Below, in pieces: positions 31,290-42,763 of a DNA stretch of 64,000 nt. Each line of letters opens with the position of its first letter. The first letter of the stretch is position 1. The position numbers and the translations under genes were made by a program. This DNA comes from an uncultured cyanobacterium (GTDB lineage Bacteria > Cyanobacteriota > Cyanobacteriia > Cyanobacteriales > Cyanobacteriaceae): positions 1 to 64,000 of the forward strand of contig CAVQBA010000007.1 in NCBI GenBank assembly GCA_963710605.1. The letters are read 5' to 3'. Below the pieces are notes generated by a model. The model had not been told where the DNA came from. It was given only the letters and a program-made list of their open reading frames with translations, and did no database searches.

Positions 31290-31822
31290 CGATCGAAAAA
31301 ATCAAAACTTAAACAGGTTGTGATTTATTTTTAAGTATTAACATAGCCCAAAAACAGATTTATAATCCTAATTTTCTTAATATAATTAAGGATAAAATTA
31401 GTCATTCTTCTGTTAAACCTAAACAAATAAAACTAGAAATCCTCGAAAGAAGCTTATTTGAGGGGGAAACAGCATCGGCTTTAGTTGAATCTTGTCGTGA
31501 ATTTGGTTTACTTTTAGTAATCAATGATTTTGGTACTGGTTATGCTAATTTAGCTTATCTAACTAAATTTCAATTTGATACAGTTAAAATTGATAAATGT
31601 TTTATTGACAACTTAGAAAATAATCTCAAAAACCAAACTATTTGTCGTGCTTTAATTGATTTATCGAGCGGTTTACAAATGACAACTGTTGCTGAGGGTA
31701 TCGAAACTCAACAACAATTAGACATCTTATCTAAATTAGGTTGCAATTTTGGACAAGGATATTGGTTTTCTCCTCCTGTTTGTGACAAAGATGCAATCGC
31801 CTTAATGAAAAAGCAAAAATAG
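31290..31822 (+). pseudogene. C-terminal fragment of an EAL (c-di-GMP phosphodiesterase) domain
   Basis: Manual translation LSINIA...LEILE...INDFGTGYANLAYL...VKIDKCF...VAEGIET...GQGYWFSPP*; no start codon or N-terminal half. Confidence 0.85.
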
Positions 31823-31823
31823 A

Positions 31824-31930
31824 TATAGCGTTTCCCATATTTATGAGGTACAGTTTATATTTGTAAGTCCCCCTTTATAAGGGGGATTTAGGGGATCGAT
31901 ATGTAATTCGTAATACTAATAATTGCTATA
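31824..31930. mobile_element. MITE-like element with an internal GC-rich REP-like hairpin
   Basis: TATAGC...GCTATA termini; internal CCCCCTTTATAAGGGGG. Confidence 0.55.
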
Positions 31931-31965
31931 ACAGTTAAAAAATATTATTGATTATTAATTATTAA

Positions 31966-32562
31966 TTATGTATTTGATTCTTCTTTATGGAGGTTACGAG
32001 GTTGAATTAAACCACAACCACCATGGTTACGTTGATAGATGACATTAATTTCTCCTGTTTCTTCATTAGAAAACATATAAAAATCATGATCTACTAATTC
32101 TAATTGCTCTAATGCTTTTTTTACACTCATCGCTGGCATGGCAAAGTACTTCGTTCTTACTACTTCTGTAGGTAATTCTGGCTCACGCTCAGCAATCAAG
32201 TTATCTTCGACTGGTTTTGCTTCGACAACATCAGTTGTTTTAACTGCTGAATGAGTTTTTTTCGCTAAATTTTTTTCTTTATATTTACGTAACTGACGAG
32301 TAATTTTATCGGAAACTAAATCGATACTAGCATACAAACTTTCGCTATGTTCTTGGGCTCGAATAACTGTACCATTCGCATATACTGTTACTTCTGCTTT
32401 ATGTTTGTCACTAATACGTGAGTTACGCGCAACAGATAAATGGACATCAATAGTAGTTGCCAAATTTTGAAAATGTTTAACTGCTTTTTCTAATTTTTCT
32501 TCTACATAGTCATGGATAGATTCGGTAACGTCGATGTTGTTTCCTTGAATCAATAGTTTCAT
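31966..32562 (-). CDS. hpf: Long ribosome hibernation promoting factor (HPF/LrtA)
   Basis: [33 protein letters not shown]-terminal HDFYMF...INVIYQR. Confidence 0.95.
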   Translation of the reverse strand: MKLLIQGNNIDVTESIHDYVEEKLEKAVKHFQNLATTIDVHLSVARNSRISDKHKAEVTVYANGTVIRAQEHSESLYASIDLVSDKITRQLRKYKEKNLAKKTHSAVKTTDVVEAKPVEDNLIAEREPELPTEVVRTKYFAMPAMSVKKALEQLELVDHDFYMFSNEETGEINVIYQRNHGGCGLIQPRNLHKEESNT

Positions 32563-32930
32563 ATGTTAATACTCCGTTTCTTGCGTGTAAATAGTAATCT
32601 TTTTTTTGATTTAAAATACGATCGTGTGATTAAACCAAATAATTTTTTAGAGAATATTTTTTAAGCATTTTTTTTCGTTAATAACTAAGAATAGATAGTT
32701 AAAAATAATCTTAAGTATATCGATAGATTAAAATCTATTTATCATATTTTAGTTATTGCTTAATTTTAGTTATTTTCTCTTTTTTAATTACTTCCAATAT
32801 CTTCACAATAGCACCTTATTATCTTAAAAATACTAGTTGTTAATTTATTTTCATATTTTTAAGCCTAAAGTTAACTTTTTGTTAAGAAACATTGCAATTC
32901 TCACCGAAGACGTGCGAAGCAGGGATTCAT

Positions 32931-32978
32931 CTCAATTCTCAATTCTCAATTCTCAATTCTCAATTCTCAATTCTCAAT
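32931..32978. repeat. Heptamer tandem repeat (CTCAATT)n, STRR-like
   Basis: About 7 consecutive units. Other heptamer tracts near 26905, 29099 and 62218. Confidence 0.9.
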
Positions 32979-32985
32979 TATTATA

Positions 32986-33370
32986 AAGAGCCAGACATAA
33001 GCCGGATTCTGTTCTTTTAAATAAATTAAAAGGGTAGTTATCTATCTGGGATAATTGTTACCAATAACCTCAAGCGGTACACCTAAAACGGAATCGGGAA
33101 AAGATCAACCGTAATTCCTCCGACCTTGCTCCCCACCGGGGTTTACCGAGCTAGTACCTCTCGATACTACTGGTGAGCTTTTACCATCACCTTTGCACCC
33201 TTACCTCAAAAAATGATTTATTTTCTTCAAGGCGGTATTTTTCTGTGGCACTATCCTCACGCTCACACGCACTGGGAGTTATCCAGCAAGTTTGATCTTT
33301 CGGGAGTCCGGACTTTCCTCAAACTAAATTTTTGCTAAAATAATAGTTCGCAACTACCTCGCTGACTCTT
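32986..33370 (-). ncRNA. rnpB: RNase P RNA
   Basis: Minus strand has GAGGAAAGTCCGG, AGTGCCACAGAAA and ACAGAATCCGGCTTA; terminal pairing AAGAGTCAG/CTGGCTCTT. Confidence 0.97.
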
Positions 33371-33831
33371 ATAGTGATTATGATAACAAATAGGCGATCG
33401 AAATTCATAATTCATAATTAATAATTTAAACGTAGTTATAAATTTAAAAATAAAATCACGATCGATTCCTTAAACTAGATAAATACACTTAGCTTAATAA
33501 TTTATAAATTACTAATATCTCCAGTAATATTATTGATTTGTTTTGTATTGAATAATACGATAAAGCATATATTTAGGGAAATAAAAAAGTAAGATTATCA
33601 ATTGAACCTTCTATTTTACTTGGTTTTTAGCTAATTATGCTAATAAATTATAAAATGTAAAAATGAATACTTTTCAGCTTAAATAATAGTCAAAAAGCTG
33701 TTAAAAATATTCTCAATAAAATGTTGCAAAAGGCTTTTTTTGTTGTATATTAATGGCAGGGTTACAAATTATCAAGCAAGTCTTGTTGTAATTCAATTTA
33801 TGTTTACTAAATTAGGAAAAGAATAGAGATT

Positions 33832-35043
33832 ATGTCAAAATTCTATGTCGAACCTCGCAAACATCGTCTTCCCACCTCACAAAAATCTGATCCTGTTTCC
33901 TCTAGCCATAATTGGGTTACTATCAATTCCGCTTCACCGCCATCGACTAAGCAACATTCACAAATTAATTCTCGTGACTTAATGCGCCTGTATCTTCGTG
34001 ATATCGGGCGCATTCCTTTATTGAGTAAAGAAGAAGAAATTACTCTTGCTAAACAAATTGAAAAAGGAAAAAATTTAGAACAAATAAAATTAGAGAATCA
34101 ATCTTTACCTGAAATTGAAGAATACATTAAAGTAATGAATGCTTATGATGTTTTAGCCAGACATAGTACATCAGCAACTGTAATAGATAAATTAGCAGTA
34201 GAGTTGAATATTACTCCGGAAAATTTACAACAAAAAATTGCTCAAGGTAAAAGCAAGTGGGCAAGTTTAGCTAATCTAAAAGTAAAACAATTAGAGCGTT
34301 TATTGGCTTTGAGTTTTCGTGCTAAACAAAAAATGATTAATGCTAATTTACGTTTGGTGGTTTCAATCGCTAAAAAGTATCAAAATAGAGGATTAGATTT
34401 ATTAGATATAATTCAAGAAGGTACATTAGGTTTAGAAAAAGCAGTCGATCGATTTGATTATAGTAAAGGTTATCATTTCAGTACCTATGCTTATTGGTGG
34501 ATTCGTCAGGGAATGACACGAGCAATCGCCACTCAATCTCGAACTATTCGCTTACCTATTCATATAACAGAAAAACTAAATCAACTTAAAAAAGTACAAA
34601 GACAGTTATCTCAAAGCTTAGGTAGAACGGCTAAAGTAGAAGAAATAGCTGTTGGGATGAAGATGCAACCCCACGATTTAAGACTGTTTTTGAATCAAAT
34701 TCCACGCTCTATTTCCTTAGAAATGAAAGTAGGAGAAGATTATAATACTGAATTAGTAGAATTGATTCAAGCTGAGGGGGCAACACCTGAGGAAAATTTG
34801 ATGCGTACTTCGATGCAAAAAGATTTACGATCGATTTTATCAATTCTTAATGAAAGAGAACAAAAAATTCTCCGTTTACGCTATGGTTTTGAAGATGGGA
34901 AAATATATTCTCTGAGTGATACAGCTAAAATGATGGATTTATCCAGAGAGAGAGTTAGACAAATTCAAGCAAGAGCAATCCAGAAACTACGTCAACCTCA
35001 TCAAAAGGATAGTTTACAAGATTATTTAGAAGTAATTGATTAA
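33832..35043 (+). CDS. Group 2 sigma-70 factor (SigC/SigE-like)
   Basis: LYLRDIGRIPLL, ANLRLVVSIAKKY, FSTYAYWWIRQ, SRERVRQIQ. Confidence 0.93.
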   Translation: MSKFYVEPRKHRLPTSQKSDPVSSSHNWVTINSASPPSTKQHSQINSRDLMRLYLRDIGRIPLLSKEEEITLAKQIEKGKNLEQIKLENQSLPEIEEYIKVMNAYDVLARHSTSATVIDKLAVELNITPENLQQKIAQGKSKWASLANLKVKQLERLLALSFRAKQKMINANLRLVVSIAKKYQNRGLDLLDIIQEGTLGLEKAVDRFDYSKGYHFSTYAYWWIRQGMTRAIATQSRTIRLPIHITEKLNQLKKVQRQLSQSLGRTAKVEEIAVGMKMQPHDLRLFLNQIPRSISLEMKVGEDYNTELVELIQAEGATPEENLMRTSMQKDLRSILSILNEREQKILRLRYGFEDGKIYSLSDTAKMMDLSRERVRQIQARAIQKLRQPHQKDSLQDYLEVID

Positions 35044-35104
35044 TGAGTTATTTTCAGCTAAGTTTAATTAGACAAAATTGATTGCGTAATAATTAATACC
35101 CCCG

Positions 35105-35131
35105 AAAAAAAGCAGGCAATCGTGCCTGCTC
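35105..35131 (-). terminator. Intrinsic terminator between the convergent sigma gene and infC
   Basis: AGCAGGCA-loop-TGCCTGCT with a T tract on the minus strand. Confidence 0.7.
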
Positions 35132-35174
35132 ATTAAATGAAGATGAATTAATTTAATAATTCAGAGTTTAAAAT

Positions 35175-35717
35175 TTAGGGAGTTTTCTTAGGAGAAAGAA
35201 GCATAATCATATTACGCCCTTCTTTTTTGGGTTTTTGTTGAATTTCTGCCATCTCAACTAAATCAGCAGATAGACGATTTAATAATTCGTAGCCTAAATG
35301 AACGTGTTGGGCTTCTCTACCACGAAAATTAATTGTCGCTTTGACTTTATCTCCAGCTTTGAGAAAACGTTTAGCTTGACTGACTCGCACTTGGTAATCA
35401 TGCTCATCAATTTTGTAACGCATTTTTACTTCTTTTAAATCAGCATTATGCTGTTTTTTCTTGATGGCACGGGCTTTTTTCTCCTGTTCAAATTTGAACT
35501 TGCCGTAGTCCATGATGCGACAAACAGGAGGACTGGCGGTTTCACTAACTAAAACAAGATCTAATTCTCTTTCGTCAGCGATGCGATTAGCTTCTTTAGT
35601 TTCTAAAACGCCTAATTGCCCCCCATCAGAATCAATGACTCTGACTTCAGGAAAACGAATATTATCGTTGATTTTGGGTAAGTCTCTTTGAAATTTTTTT
35701 CTATTGCTATAGGTCAC
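35175..35717 (-). CDS. infC: Translation initiation factor IF-3 (GTG start)
   Basis: [30 protein letters not shown]...FRGRE. Confidence 0.97.
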   Translation of the reverse strand: MTYSNRKKFQRDLPKINDNIRFPEVRVIDSDGGQLGVLETKEANRIADERELDLVLVSETASPPVCRIMDYGKFKFEQEKKARAIKKKQHNADLKEVKMRYKIDEHDYQVRVSQAKRFLKAGDKVKATINFRGREAQHVHLGYELLNRLSADLVEMAEIQQKPKKEGRNMIMLLSPKKTP

Positions 35718-36176
35718 AGGTTTTGAGTAATTTTATCTACTTTAGGATTAAACGGTTAATTGACATTCACACAATTAATAAATTTTAAACCATATTTTTG
35801 GGTTAGGATTATCATTGGTGATTCTTGCTTCTTCCAGATTGCCTTACAACGCTAGATAAAGAATTTAATCCCTATCTAGATTATATATTAAGACTCCACA
35901 AGCATCTATTACATGGTTGCTTATCCATGCTACGGAAGTGTCAATCCCGCTTTTTTGTTTACTAATACGTTTGTTTCAATCTTTTACAGTAAGTAAAACA
36001 TTTAGGTTATTAACCCCATATATATGGGCTATTTAATTATCTAAAAAATAGGTTTTTTTCCTTGTCAATATTATAATTGGTGATTGCTAATGATGAATAA
36101 CTTTTTCTGATTTAGATACACTTAGATTCTTTTACTGTTAGTTACTTAAGCAAAATATTACAAAAAATTAACTATT

Positions 36177-37052
36177 GTGAATTTTATGGATACAACGACA
36201 ATAATTCAAGCACTTTTTAATGGCGTAGCAGTAGGGAGCATTATTGCCTTGGCTGCGGTAGGTTTAACTCTTACTCTCGATATTTTACGTCTTTCTAATT
36301 TTGCTCATGGTGATTTTTTAACAGTTGGGGCTTATCTAACTTGGTGGATAAATCAGGCGGGGGTTAATATTTGGTTGTCAATGATCATAGCTGGGGCTGG
36401 TACAGTTATTTTAATGCTCATTTGTGAACAACTATTGTGGAAACAAATGCGTAAAAAACGATCGAGTAGTACAAGTTTAATTATTGTTTCGATCGGTTTA
36501 GCTTTATTTTTACGTAACGGAATTTTATTTATTTGGGGTGGTAGTAATCAAAATTATGATTTACCTTTAATTGAAGCTATTGATATCGGTGGTGTCAAAG
36601 TCGCTTATTACCGTTTAATTGTTATTGCTGTGACAACTTTGGCGATTGTTACCCTACATTTAATTTTACAAAAAACCAAAATAGGTAAAGCGATGCGAGC
36701 GGTAGCAGACAATATCGATTTAGCTAGAGTCTCTGGTATTGATGTGGAACAAGTAGTTTTGTTTACATGGATAATTACGGCGGTTTTAACCGCAATGGGG
36801 GGCGGTTTTTATGGACTGATTACCGCTGTTCGTCCGAATATGGGTTGGTTTTTGATTTTACCTATTTTTGCTTCAGTTAGTTTAGGAGGAATTGGTAATC
36901 CTTATGGTGCGATCGCAGGAGGAATTATTATTGGTGTAGCACAGGAATTGAGTGTGCCGTTTTTTGGCTCAGAATATAAGTTAGCTGTTGCTTTAGTGAT
37001 TATGATTGCTATTTTATTAATTCGCCCTCAAGGAATTTTCTCTAAAAATTGA
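36177..37052 (+). CDS. natD: Branched-chain/neutral amino acid ABC permease (LivH/NatD)
   Basis: LAAVGLTL...NFAHGDF, GKAMRAVADN, GGIGNPYGA. Confidence 0.85.
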   Translation: MNFMDTTTIIQALFNGVAVGSIIALAAVGLTLTLDILRLSNFAHGDFLTVGAYLTWWINQAGVNIWLSMIIAGAGTVILMLICEQLLWKQMRKKRSSSTSLIIVSIGLALFLRNGILFIWGGSNQNYDLPLIEAIDIGGVKVAYYRLIVIAVTTLAIVTLHLILQKTKIGKAMRAVADNIDLARVSGIDVEQVVLFTWIITAVLTAMGGGFYGLITAVRPNMGWFLILPIFASVSLGGIGNPYGAIAGGIIIGVAQELSVPFFGSEYKLAVALVIMIAILLIRPQGIFSKN

Positions 37053-37089
37053 TTGTTTTAAGTTCGTAATTGGCAAAAATCACCTTATC

Positions 37090-37481
37090 GTAGGATGGGT
37101 TAGGTAATTATTCATTATAAACTTGCTACAGATTGATTAATAACGAGTGCCGTAACCCATCATTAACAATGTTTGATTCCAAAGAATGAAATTATATCTT
37201 TAGTTTTGGCTGTTGGGTTTCATATTATATTATTCGATCGTTAGGACAGTAATATTTTTGGTGCTTCAACCCAACCTACTTCATGGCGATCGCACTTTTG
37301 GAAGATTAACCGTTGTTTACCATCCATCTTCTGGTGGGTTAAGTCGTGAGAGAGCAAACTTTAAATACTAATGTTTGATTCAAATGAATAAGATTATATC
37401 TTTAGCTTTAGGTGTTGGGTTTCATATTATATTATTCGATCGTTAGGACAGTAATATTTTTGGTGCTTCAACCCAACCTAC
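37090..37481. repeat. REP-like region (GTAG...CTAC ends) containing a ~112 bp direct duplication
   Basis: AATGTTTGATT...TGTTGGGTTTC...TTCAACCCAACCTAC at about 37168-37279 and 37371-37481. Confidence 0.8.
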
Positions 37482-37483
37482 TA

Positions 37484-38278
37484 TCATTCTGCTTTTGACT
37501 TTTTACTTTGTTTTTCAGGGCGAAATAAATGATTGTGTTGAGGATGGTATAGCTGAGAGCGAAAATTAAAATCGCTTAATTCTTTCAAAGCTGGACTAAT
37601 TATATAAAGTACAGTACGAATAAATTGATAATCCTCCGTGGTTTGTGCGACTTTTTCTAAAGGTACGATCGTAATTTGTTCATCTTCCCAACCTACTCGG
37701 TAACAAATGGCTACAGGAGTATCGCCTGGATAATGTTCTAACAATTCTATCTGTGACTTGCGTATATGACGAGCGGCTAAATACAAACACAAACTAGCTC
37801 GATGAGAAGCCAAACTGGCTAATTCCTCCTTTTCGGGCATCTGCGAAGCCTCACCACTAACACGAGTAAGAATAATGGTTTGTACTAAATTAGGGATTGT
37901 TAATTCAGTACTAATTTTAGCGGCGGCGGCTTGATAAGCACTTATTCCGGGTATTAATTCAAAAGGGATATCAGCTTCACCTAATAATTGCATTTGTTCT
38001 TGTATCGCACTATACAGACATAAATCTCCAGACTGTAAACGAACGACTATTTTTCCTGCTTTTACCTGTTCTATCATGATGGGTAAAATAGTTTCAAGAG
38101 TTTTATTTCCCGTCACAATCAATTTAGCAGTAGATTTAGTATCTCGTAAAATTTGCTTTGGTACTAAAGAATCAGCATACAAAATGACATCGGCATTCTT
38201 AAGAATATTATAAGCCTTGATTGTTAACAAATCTGGATCGCCAGGTCCTGCACCAATAAAATAAACCGCTGGTTTCAT
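37484..38278 (-). CDS. cobM: Precorrin-4 C11-methyltransferase
   Basis: GAGPGDPDLLT, RLQSGD, ELTIP.LVQTIILTR, SQLYHP. Confidence 0.93.
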   Translation of the reverse strand: MKPAVYFIGAGPGDPDLLTIKAYNILKNADVILYADSLVPKQILRDTKSTAKLIVTGNKTLETILPIMIEQVKAGKIVVRLQSGDLCLYSAIQEQMQLLGEADIPFELIPGISAYQAAAAKISTELTIPNLVQTIILTRVSGEASQMPEKEELASLASHRASLCLYLAARHIRKSQIELLEHYPGDTPVAICYRVGWEDEQITIVPLEKVAQTTEDYQFIRTVLYIISPALKELSDFNFRSQLYHPQHNHLFRPEKQSKKSKAE

Positions 38279-38427
38279 AAAAAACTAACCATAAATAACC
38301 AAATAACGATTATATCTAGTTTCTTCACTTGTGAGGAGAAAAAAGTTATTTTTATCATGAAGACGATCGTTTCAATTAGGGTACTGTTTTAGTTACAATG
38401 ATTGCCAAAAAGAATATTAATTGATTA

Positions 38428-38862
38428 ATGAATAAGAAGACAACTACCAATAAAAAGACAACTCCCAAACAAATTTTTAAACAAGTTTTTGTGATTTTAT
38501 CAGGAGGTGCTTTTGTCATATTTTCAGTTGCAGGAATATTAAGAATGGGAACTAGTGAAACACAATCGACAACTCCTGAGCAAGAAGAGTTATCAGCCGC
38601 CCAACAATTACAAGAACAAGCCAAGGGTTATGAGTTAGTCTTAGCTAAAGAGCCTGATAATCCTTTTGCTATTCAAAATTTGTTATCAATTTATCTACAA
38701 TTAGGAGATTTGAATGCTGCATTACCGTTAGCGGAAAAACTAGTAGCTTTACAACCAGAGAATACACGTTATCAAGAAACATTAGCTCTAATTCAAGCAG
38801 GCATTGAAGCTCAAAAAAATCCTACTCCTCCTAACCCTGAGCAACCAACACCACAAGAATAA
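38428..38862 (+). CDS. Membrane-anchored TPR protein
   Basis: Single TM helix; GYELVL..EPDN TPR-like repeat. Confidence 0.8.
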   Translation: MNKKTTTNKKTTPKQIFKQVFVILSGGAFVIFSVAGILRMGTSETQSTTPEQEELSAAQQLQEQAKGYELVLAKEPDNPFAIQNLLSIYLQLGDLNAALPLAEKLVALQPENTRYQETLALIQAGIEAQKNPTPPNPEQPTPQE

Positions 38863-38942
38863 TTTATAATTTATAATTATTTCTTCTCACTGATTTCGAT
38901 CTCTGAGTTAATGCTCAGATGAACATATCTACATACAAATGT

Positions 38943-38962
38943 ATTATGACGATCGTTATAAT
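38943..38962. promoter_or_regulatory. Palindromic operator candidate (possible Zur site) upstream of znuA
   Basis: ATTATGACGATCGTTATAAT, a 20 bp palindrome with one mismatch. Confidence 0.4.
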
Positions 38963-38967
38963 TTAGA

Positions 38968-40023
38968 TTGTACAAAAATAAAGTCAACTCCTGTACGATC
39001 GTGCGTAACTATCTTTTTAATTTATTATTATTACTAGCTATATTTAATTTAGTCGGTTGTAACCAGAAAAATACGGCACAATTTTCAACCGAGACTAATC
39101 AGTCATCACAAATAGAAAGAAATCAAATACCAGCACCAGAGACAAAGCTAAATTTAATGGTAAGTATTTTGCCACAAAAGTATTTTGTCGAAAAAATTGG
39201 GGGAGAATTAGTTAATGTTAACGTGATGGTACAACCCGGTGTTAGCCCAGAAACTTATGAGCCTTTACCACAACAATTAGTTGATGTCAGTGAATCGATG
39301 GCTTACATAACTATAGGTGTACCTTTTGAAGAAATTTGGTTAAATAAAATTCGCTCTGCTAATTCTGATTTAATTTTGATTAATTCAGGTGAGGGAGTAG
39401 AAACAATACCGATGGTAGGAGAGCATCATCATCATCATGAAGAGCATGATCACGACCACGACCACGACCACGATCATGACGATAAAAATGTTAATCAAGA
39501 TAAAGCAGAAACACACGCAGATACAGACACATCCGAAAATATTGATCCACACATTTGGTTATCTCCTAAATTAGCTAAAATTCAAGCTGAAAATATTTAT
39601 CAAGGTTTAGTCAAACTTGATCCTCAAAATCAATCTATTTATCAACAAAATCTCACTACTTTTCTCGCTGAGATTGATGATCTCGATCGACAAATAGAAG
39701 CCAAATTTGCTTCTTTAAACGATCGTAAATTTATGATTTATCATCCTGCTTGGGGTTATTTAGCCTCTGAGTATAATTTAGAACAAATACCATTAGAATT
39801 AGAAGGGCAAGAAGTTACATCAGCTGAATTAGTCGATTTAATTAAAGAAGCTAAATCAGATAATATTGAAGTTGTTTTTGCTCAACCTCAATTTAGTAAT
39901 AAAACAGCAAAAGTTTTTGCCGAGCAAATAGATGCTGAAGTAGTGACGATCGATCCTTTAGCTGAAAATTGGTCACAAAACCTATTAGATACCGTCGATA
40001 AATTAGCTCAGTCAATGTCGTAA
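38968..40023 (+). CDS. znuA: Zinc ABC transporter substrate-binding lipoprotein
   Basis: Lipobox LVGC, His/Asp-rich loop, DPHIWLSP, YHPAWGY. Start possibly GTG 39001. Confidence 0.9.
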   Translation: MYKNKVNSCTIVRNYLFNLLLLLAIFNLVGCNQKNTAQFSTETNQSSQIERNQIPAPETKLNLMVSILPQKYFVEKIGGELVNVNVMVQPGVSPETYEPLPQQLVDVSESMAYITIGVPFEEIWLNKIRSANSDLILINSGEGVETIPMVGEHHHHHEEHDHDHDHDHDHDDKNVNQDKAETHADTDTSENIDPHIWLSPKLAKIQAENIYQGLVKLDPQNQSIYQQNLTTFLAEIDDLDRQIEAKFASLNDRKFMIYHPAWGYLASEYNLEQIPLELEGQEVTSAELVDLIKEAKSDNIEVVFAQPQFSNKTAKVFAEQIDAEVVTIDPLAENWSQNLLDTVDKLAQSMS

Positions 40024-40104
40024 ATAGATATAGAAAAGGATGAAAGATAAAAGATAGAGGATGAAGGATAAATTATTAATTATATTTAGTTAGATTGAAA
40101 AAGA

Positions 40105-40860
40105 ATGAATCAAGTCATAAATTTACAAAATATTTATGTTAGCTATCAAGAAAAATATGCGTTAGAAAATATTAATTTACAAGTAAAAGAATTAGATTTT
40201 ATCGGTATAATTGGTCCAAATGGTGGTGGCAAGACAACTTTATTAAAAACATTATTAGGCTTGATTAAACCACTGTCAGGAGAAGTTTCGATTATGAATC
40301 AGACAGTGAATAAAGGAAGAAAATATATCGGTTATGTGCCTCAAATTTTAGAATACGATCGTCGTTTTCCGATCTTAGTAAAAGATGTGGTAAAAATGGG
40401 CAGATTATCGCAAAAACGTATTTTTCATCGTTACAATCAACAAGATACAGAAATCGTTGAGCGTTGCCTCACACAAGTAGGAATATCTCATCTCAAAAAG
40501 CGTTCAATAGGTGAATTATCAGGAGGAGAAAGACAAAGAGTTTATATTGCTCGTGCTTTAGCCACTCAACCACGTATCTTGCTTTTAGACGAACCTACTG
40601 CTAATGTTGATTATCAAATTCAAAATAATATCTATGAGTTATTAAAACAGCTTAATGAATACATGACTATTTTAATTATTTCTCATGATTTGAGTGCTGT
40701 TTCTCGTTATGTAAAAACGATCGCTTGCTTGAATCGTCAATTACATTATCATCAAAATAAACAAGTTACCCCACAGATGATTGAAGATACTTATAAATGT
40801 CCGATCGATCTGATCGCTCATGGTTTACCTCATCGCATCTTACCAGAACACCATTCTTAA
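40105..40860 (+). CDS. znuC: Zinc ABC transporter ATPase
   Basis: GPNGGGKTT, IGYVPQ, LSGGE, His-rich C-terminus. Confidence 0.9.
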   Translation: MNQVINLQNIYVSYQEKYALENINLQVKELDFIGIIGPNGGGKTTLLKTLLGLIKPLSGEVSIMNQTVNKGRKYIGYVPQILEYDRRFPILVKDVVKMGRLSQKRIFHRYNQQDTEIVERCLTQVGISHLKKRSIGELSGGERQRVYIARALATQPRILLLDEPTANVDYQIQNNIYELLKQLNEYMTILIISHDLSAVSRYVKTIACLNRQLHYHQNKQVTPQMIEDTYKCPIDLIAHGLPHRILPEHHS

Positions 40861-40903
40861 TTGATAATTTGGGACTTTTTACCCTTTACCCAATAGATAA
40901 AAT

Positions 40904-41668
40904 ATGAGAAGAAATTGGACTAGAGATGAATTAATTTTAGCATTTAGCTTATATTGTAAAACGCCATTTGGAAAGTTACATAGTCGTAATCCTGATATTA
41001 TTAAACTATCAATACTCCTCGATAGAACTTCATCTTCTGTTGCTTTAAAACTTGTAAATTTTTCTAGCTTAGATCCTTTATTAGCGAAAAGAGGGATTAA
41101 AGGGATGTCGAATTACTCAAAACTTGATAAGAAAGTATTTGATGAATTTAATGAAAATTGGGAAAAACTTTTGCTCGAAAGTGAACAACTTTATGAGGAT
41201 TATGAAAAACTAAATATTTCCGAAAAAAAAGAAATTAAAACAGACTTCACTAATAAAGTGGGTGAAGACAAAATAGTTAAAACAAAACAGAGGAAAAATC
41301 AAAATATTTTTAGAAAAATAGTTCTTTCAAATTACGATGAAACTTGTGCTATTTGCCATTTAAACTATCCATCGTTACTTATTGCTAGTCACATTATTCC
41401 TTGGAAAACTAATCAAAAAGAAAGACTTAATCCTCGTAATGGTTTGTGCTTATGTTCTATACATGATAAAGCTTTTGATCAAGGCTTGATTTCTTTTGAT
41501 TCTGAATTACGACTTATAGTTTCTAAAAAAATTTTAAATATAAATAAAACTGTATTTGATAAATATTTTGGAGATTTTATTCAGAAAAAAATTAATGACC
41601 CCAAAAAGTTTGTTCCTTCTATTGATTTCATAAAATATCATAGAGATAAAATATTCATAAGTTCTTAA
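40904..41668 (+). CDS. HNH endonuclease (putative restriction-type)
   Basis: CAIC...LIASHIIPW...NPRNGLCLCSIHDKAFDQG. Confidence 0.88.
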   Translation: MRRNWTRDELILAFSLYCKTPFGKLHSRNPDIIKLSILLDRTSSSVALKLVNFSSLDPLLAKRGIKGMSNYSKLDKKVFDEFNENWEKLLLESEQLYEDYEKLNISEKKEIKTDFTNKVGEDKIVKTKQRKNQNIFRKIVLSNYDETCAICHLNYPSLLIASHIIPWKTNQKERLNPRNGLCLCSIHDKAFDQGLISFDSELRLIVSKKILNINKTVFDKYFGDFIQKKINDPKKFVPSIDFIKYHRDKIFISS

Positions 41669-42019
41669 TTATAATTTGATTAAGTAATAGGTTTTATGCA
41701 CTAACTTTTTCATCAAAGTAAACCAGTTTATGAGCTTTATTTAGTTTAAGCGATCGCACTTTTGGTTATGGCGTATAGTTTGAAATTAAGCATAATAGTA
41801 AAATAAATCAAATTCTAAGAAGTACACGATCGTTGTGGAAACTAAAATAGATAAACAGGGAAATGCTGTACCTGTGAGTTTATGGTTAAGAAACCAAAAT
41901 TATAAGTTTTCACAAAAAATCACAACCCCCTCATTATCTAAATTAACGATAAGGTTGTGATTGATATTTCTAATAATTAGTTTTAATGGTACTAATACAC
42001 TAGATAATGTAACGATCGA

Positions 42020-42286
42020 CTAGGCAACCGCATCAGCAGGATAAACGCTAACTTTTTTACGACTAGCAGTTTTATGCTCAAATTTGACAATGCCTTCAAT
42101 TAAAGAAAAAAGAGTATCATCTTTACCAATACCAACATTGTTACCAGGATAAATACTAGTACCACGTTGACGAACTATGATACTACCTGCTTTAACAGCT
42201 TCGCCACCATAACGTTTTACACCCAAACGTTTCGATTGAGAATCTCTTCCGTTTCTAGTACTACCCGTACCTTTCTTATGTGCCAT
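42020..42286 (-). CDS. rpmA: 50S ribosomal protein L27
   Basis: [16 protein letters not shown]. Confidence 0.99.
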   Translation of the reverse strand: MAHKKGTGSTRNGRDSQSKRLGVKRYGGEAVKAGSIIVRQRGTSIYPGNNVGIGKDDTLFSLIEGIVKFEHKTASRKKVSVYPADAVA

Positions 42287-42361
42287 GAAATAATACTCCT
42301 TTTAATTAAAAACTATTCTACTAAATTTATTTTATCAGCTAAAAATGATTAATATTGATAA

Positions 42362-42745
42362 TTAGACTTCAGCGACAACTTCTGCTTCTACGGCTTCAGT
42401 TTGTTCTGATTTTTGAGCTAGCACATCATTACCCAAACTAATTGAATCAATCATAAAACGAGTCAATTCTTGTCTATGCCCTCTTTTTTTACGAGTTTTC
42501 TTTTTAGGCTTCATTTTATAGACAATCACTTTTTTACCACGATAGTGAGCTAAAATACTACCTGTGATCGAAGCATTCTCTACATAAGGTTGTCCGACAT
42601 GAATATCATTCTCATGATGAACTAATAATACTTTGTCGATAACTAATTCGCTATCAACGTCTTGATGGAGTCTATCTATATTATAAAATCTACCTGCTTC
42701 AACTTTGAGTTGTTTACCACAGATTTCAATTATTGCGTAAGTCAT
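42362..42745 (-). CDS. rplU: 50S ribosomal protein L21
   Basis: YAIIE..GKQ, GHRQ. Confidence 0.98.
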   Translation of the reverse strand: MTYAIIEICGKQLKVEAGRFYNIDRLHQDVDSELVIDKVLLVHHENDIHVGQPYVENASITGSILAHYRGKKVIVYKMKPKKKTRKKRGHRQELTRFMIDSISLGNDVLAQKSEQTEAVEAEVVAEV

Positions 42746-42763
42746 TTTACTTCCTTTTTATAT

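Noticed and set aside
35700-35740. Non-canonical ATT start for infC
   Set aside because: An in-frame TAA lies five codons upstream of GTG 35717 with no in-frame ATT between them.
39420-39485. His/Asp repeat in znuA
   Set aside because: Standard ZnuA metal-binding loop.
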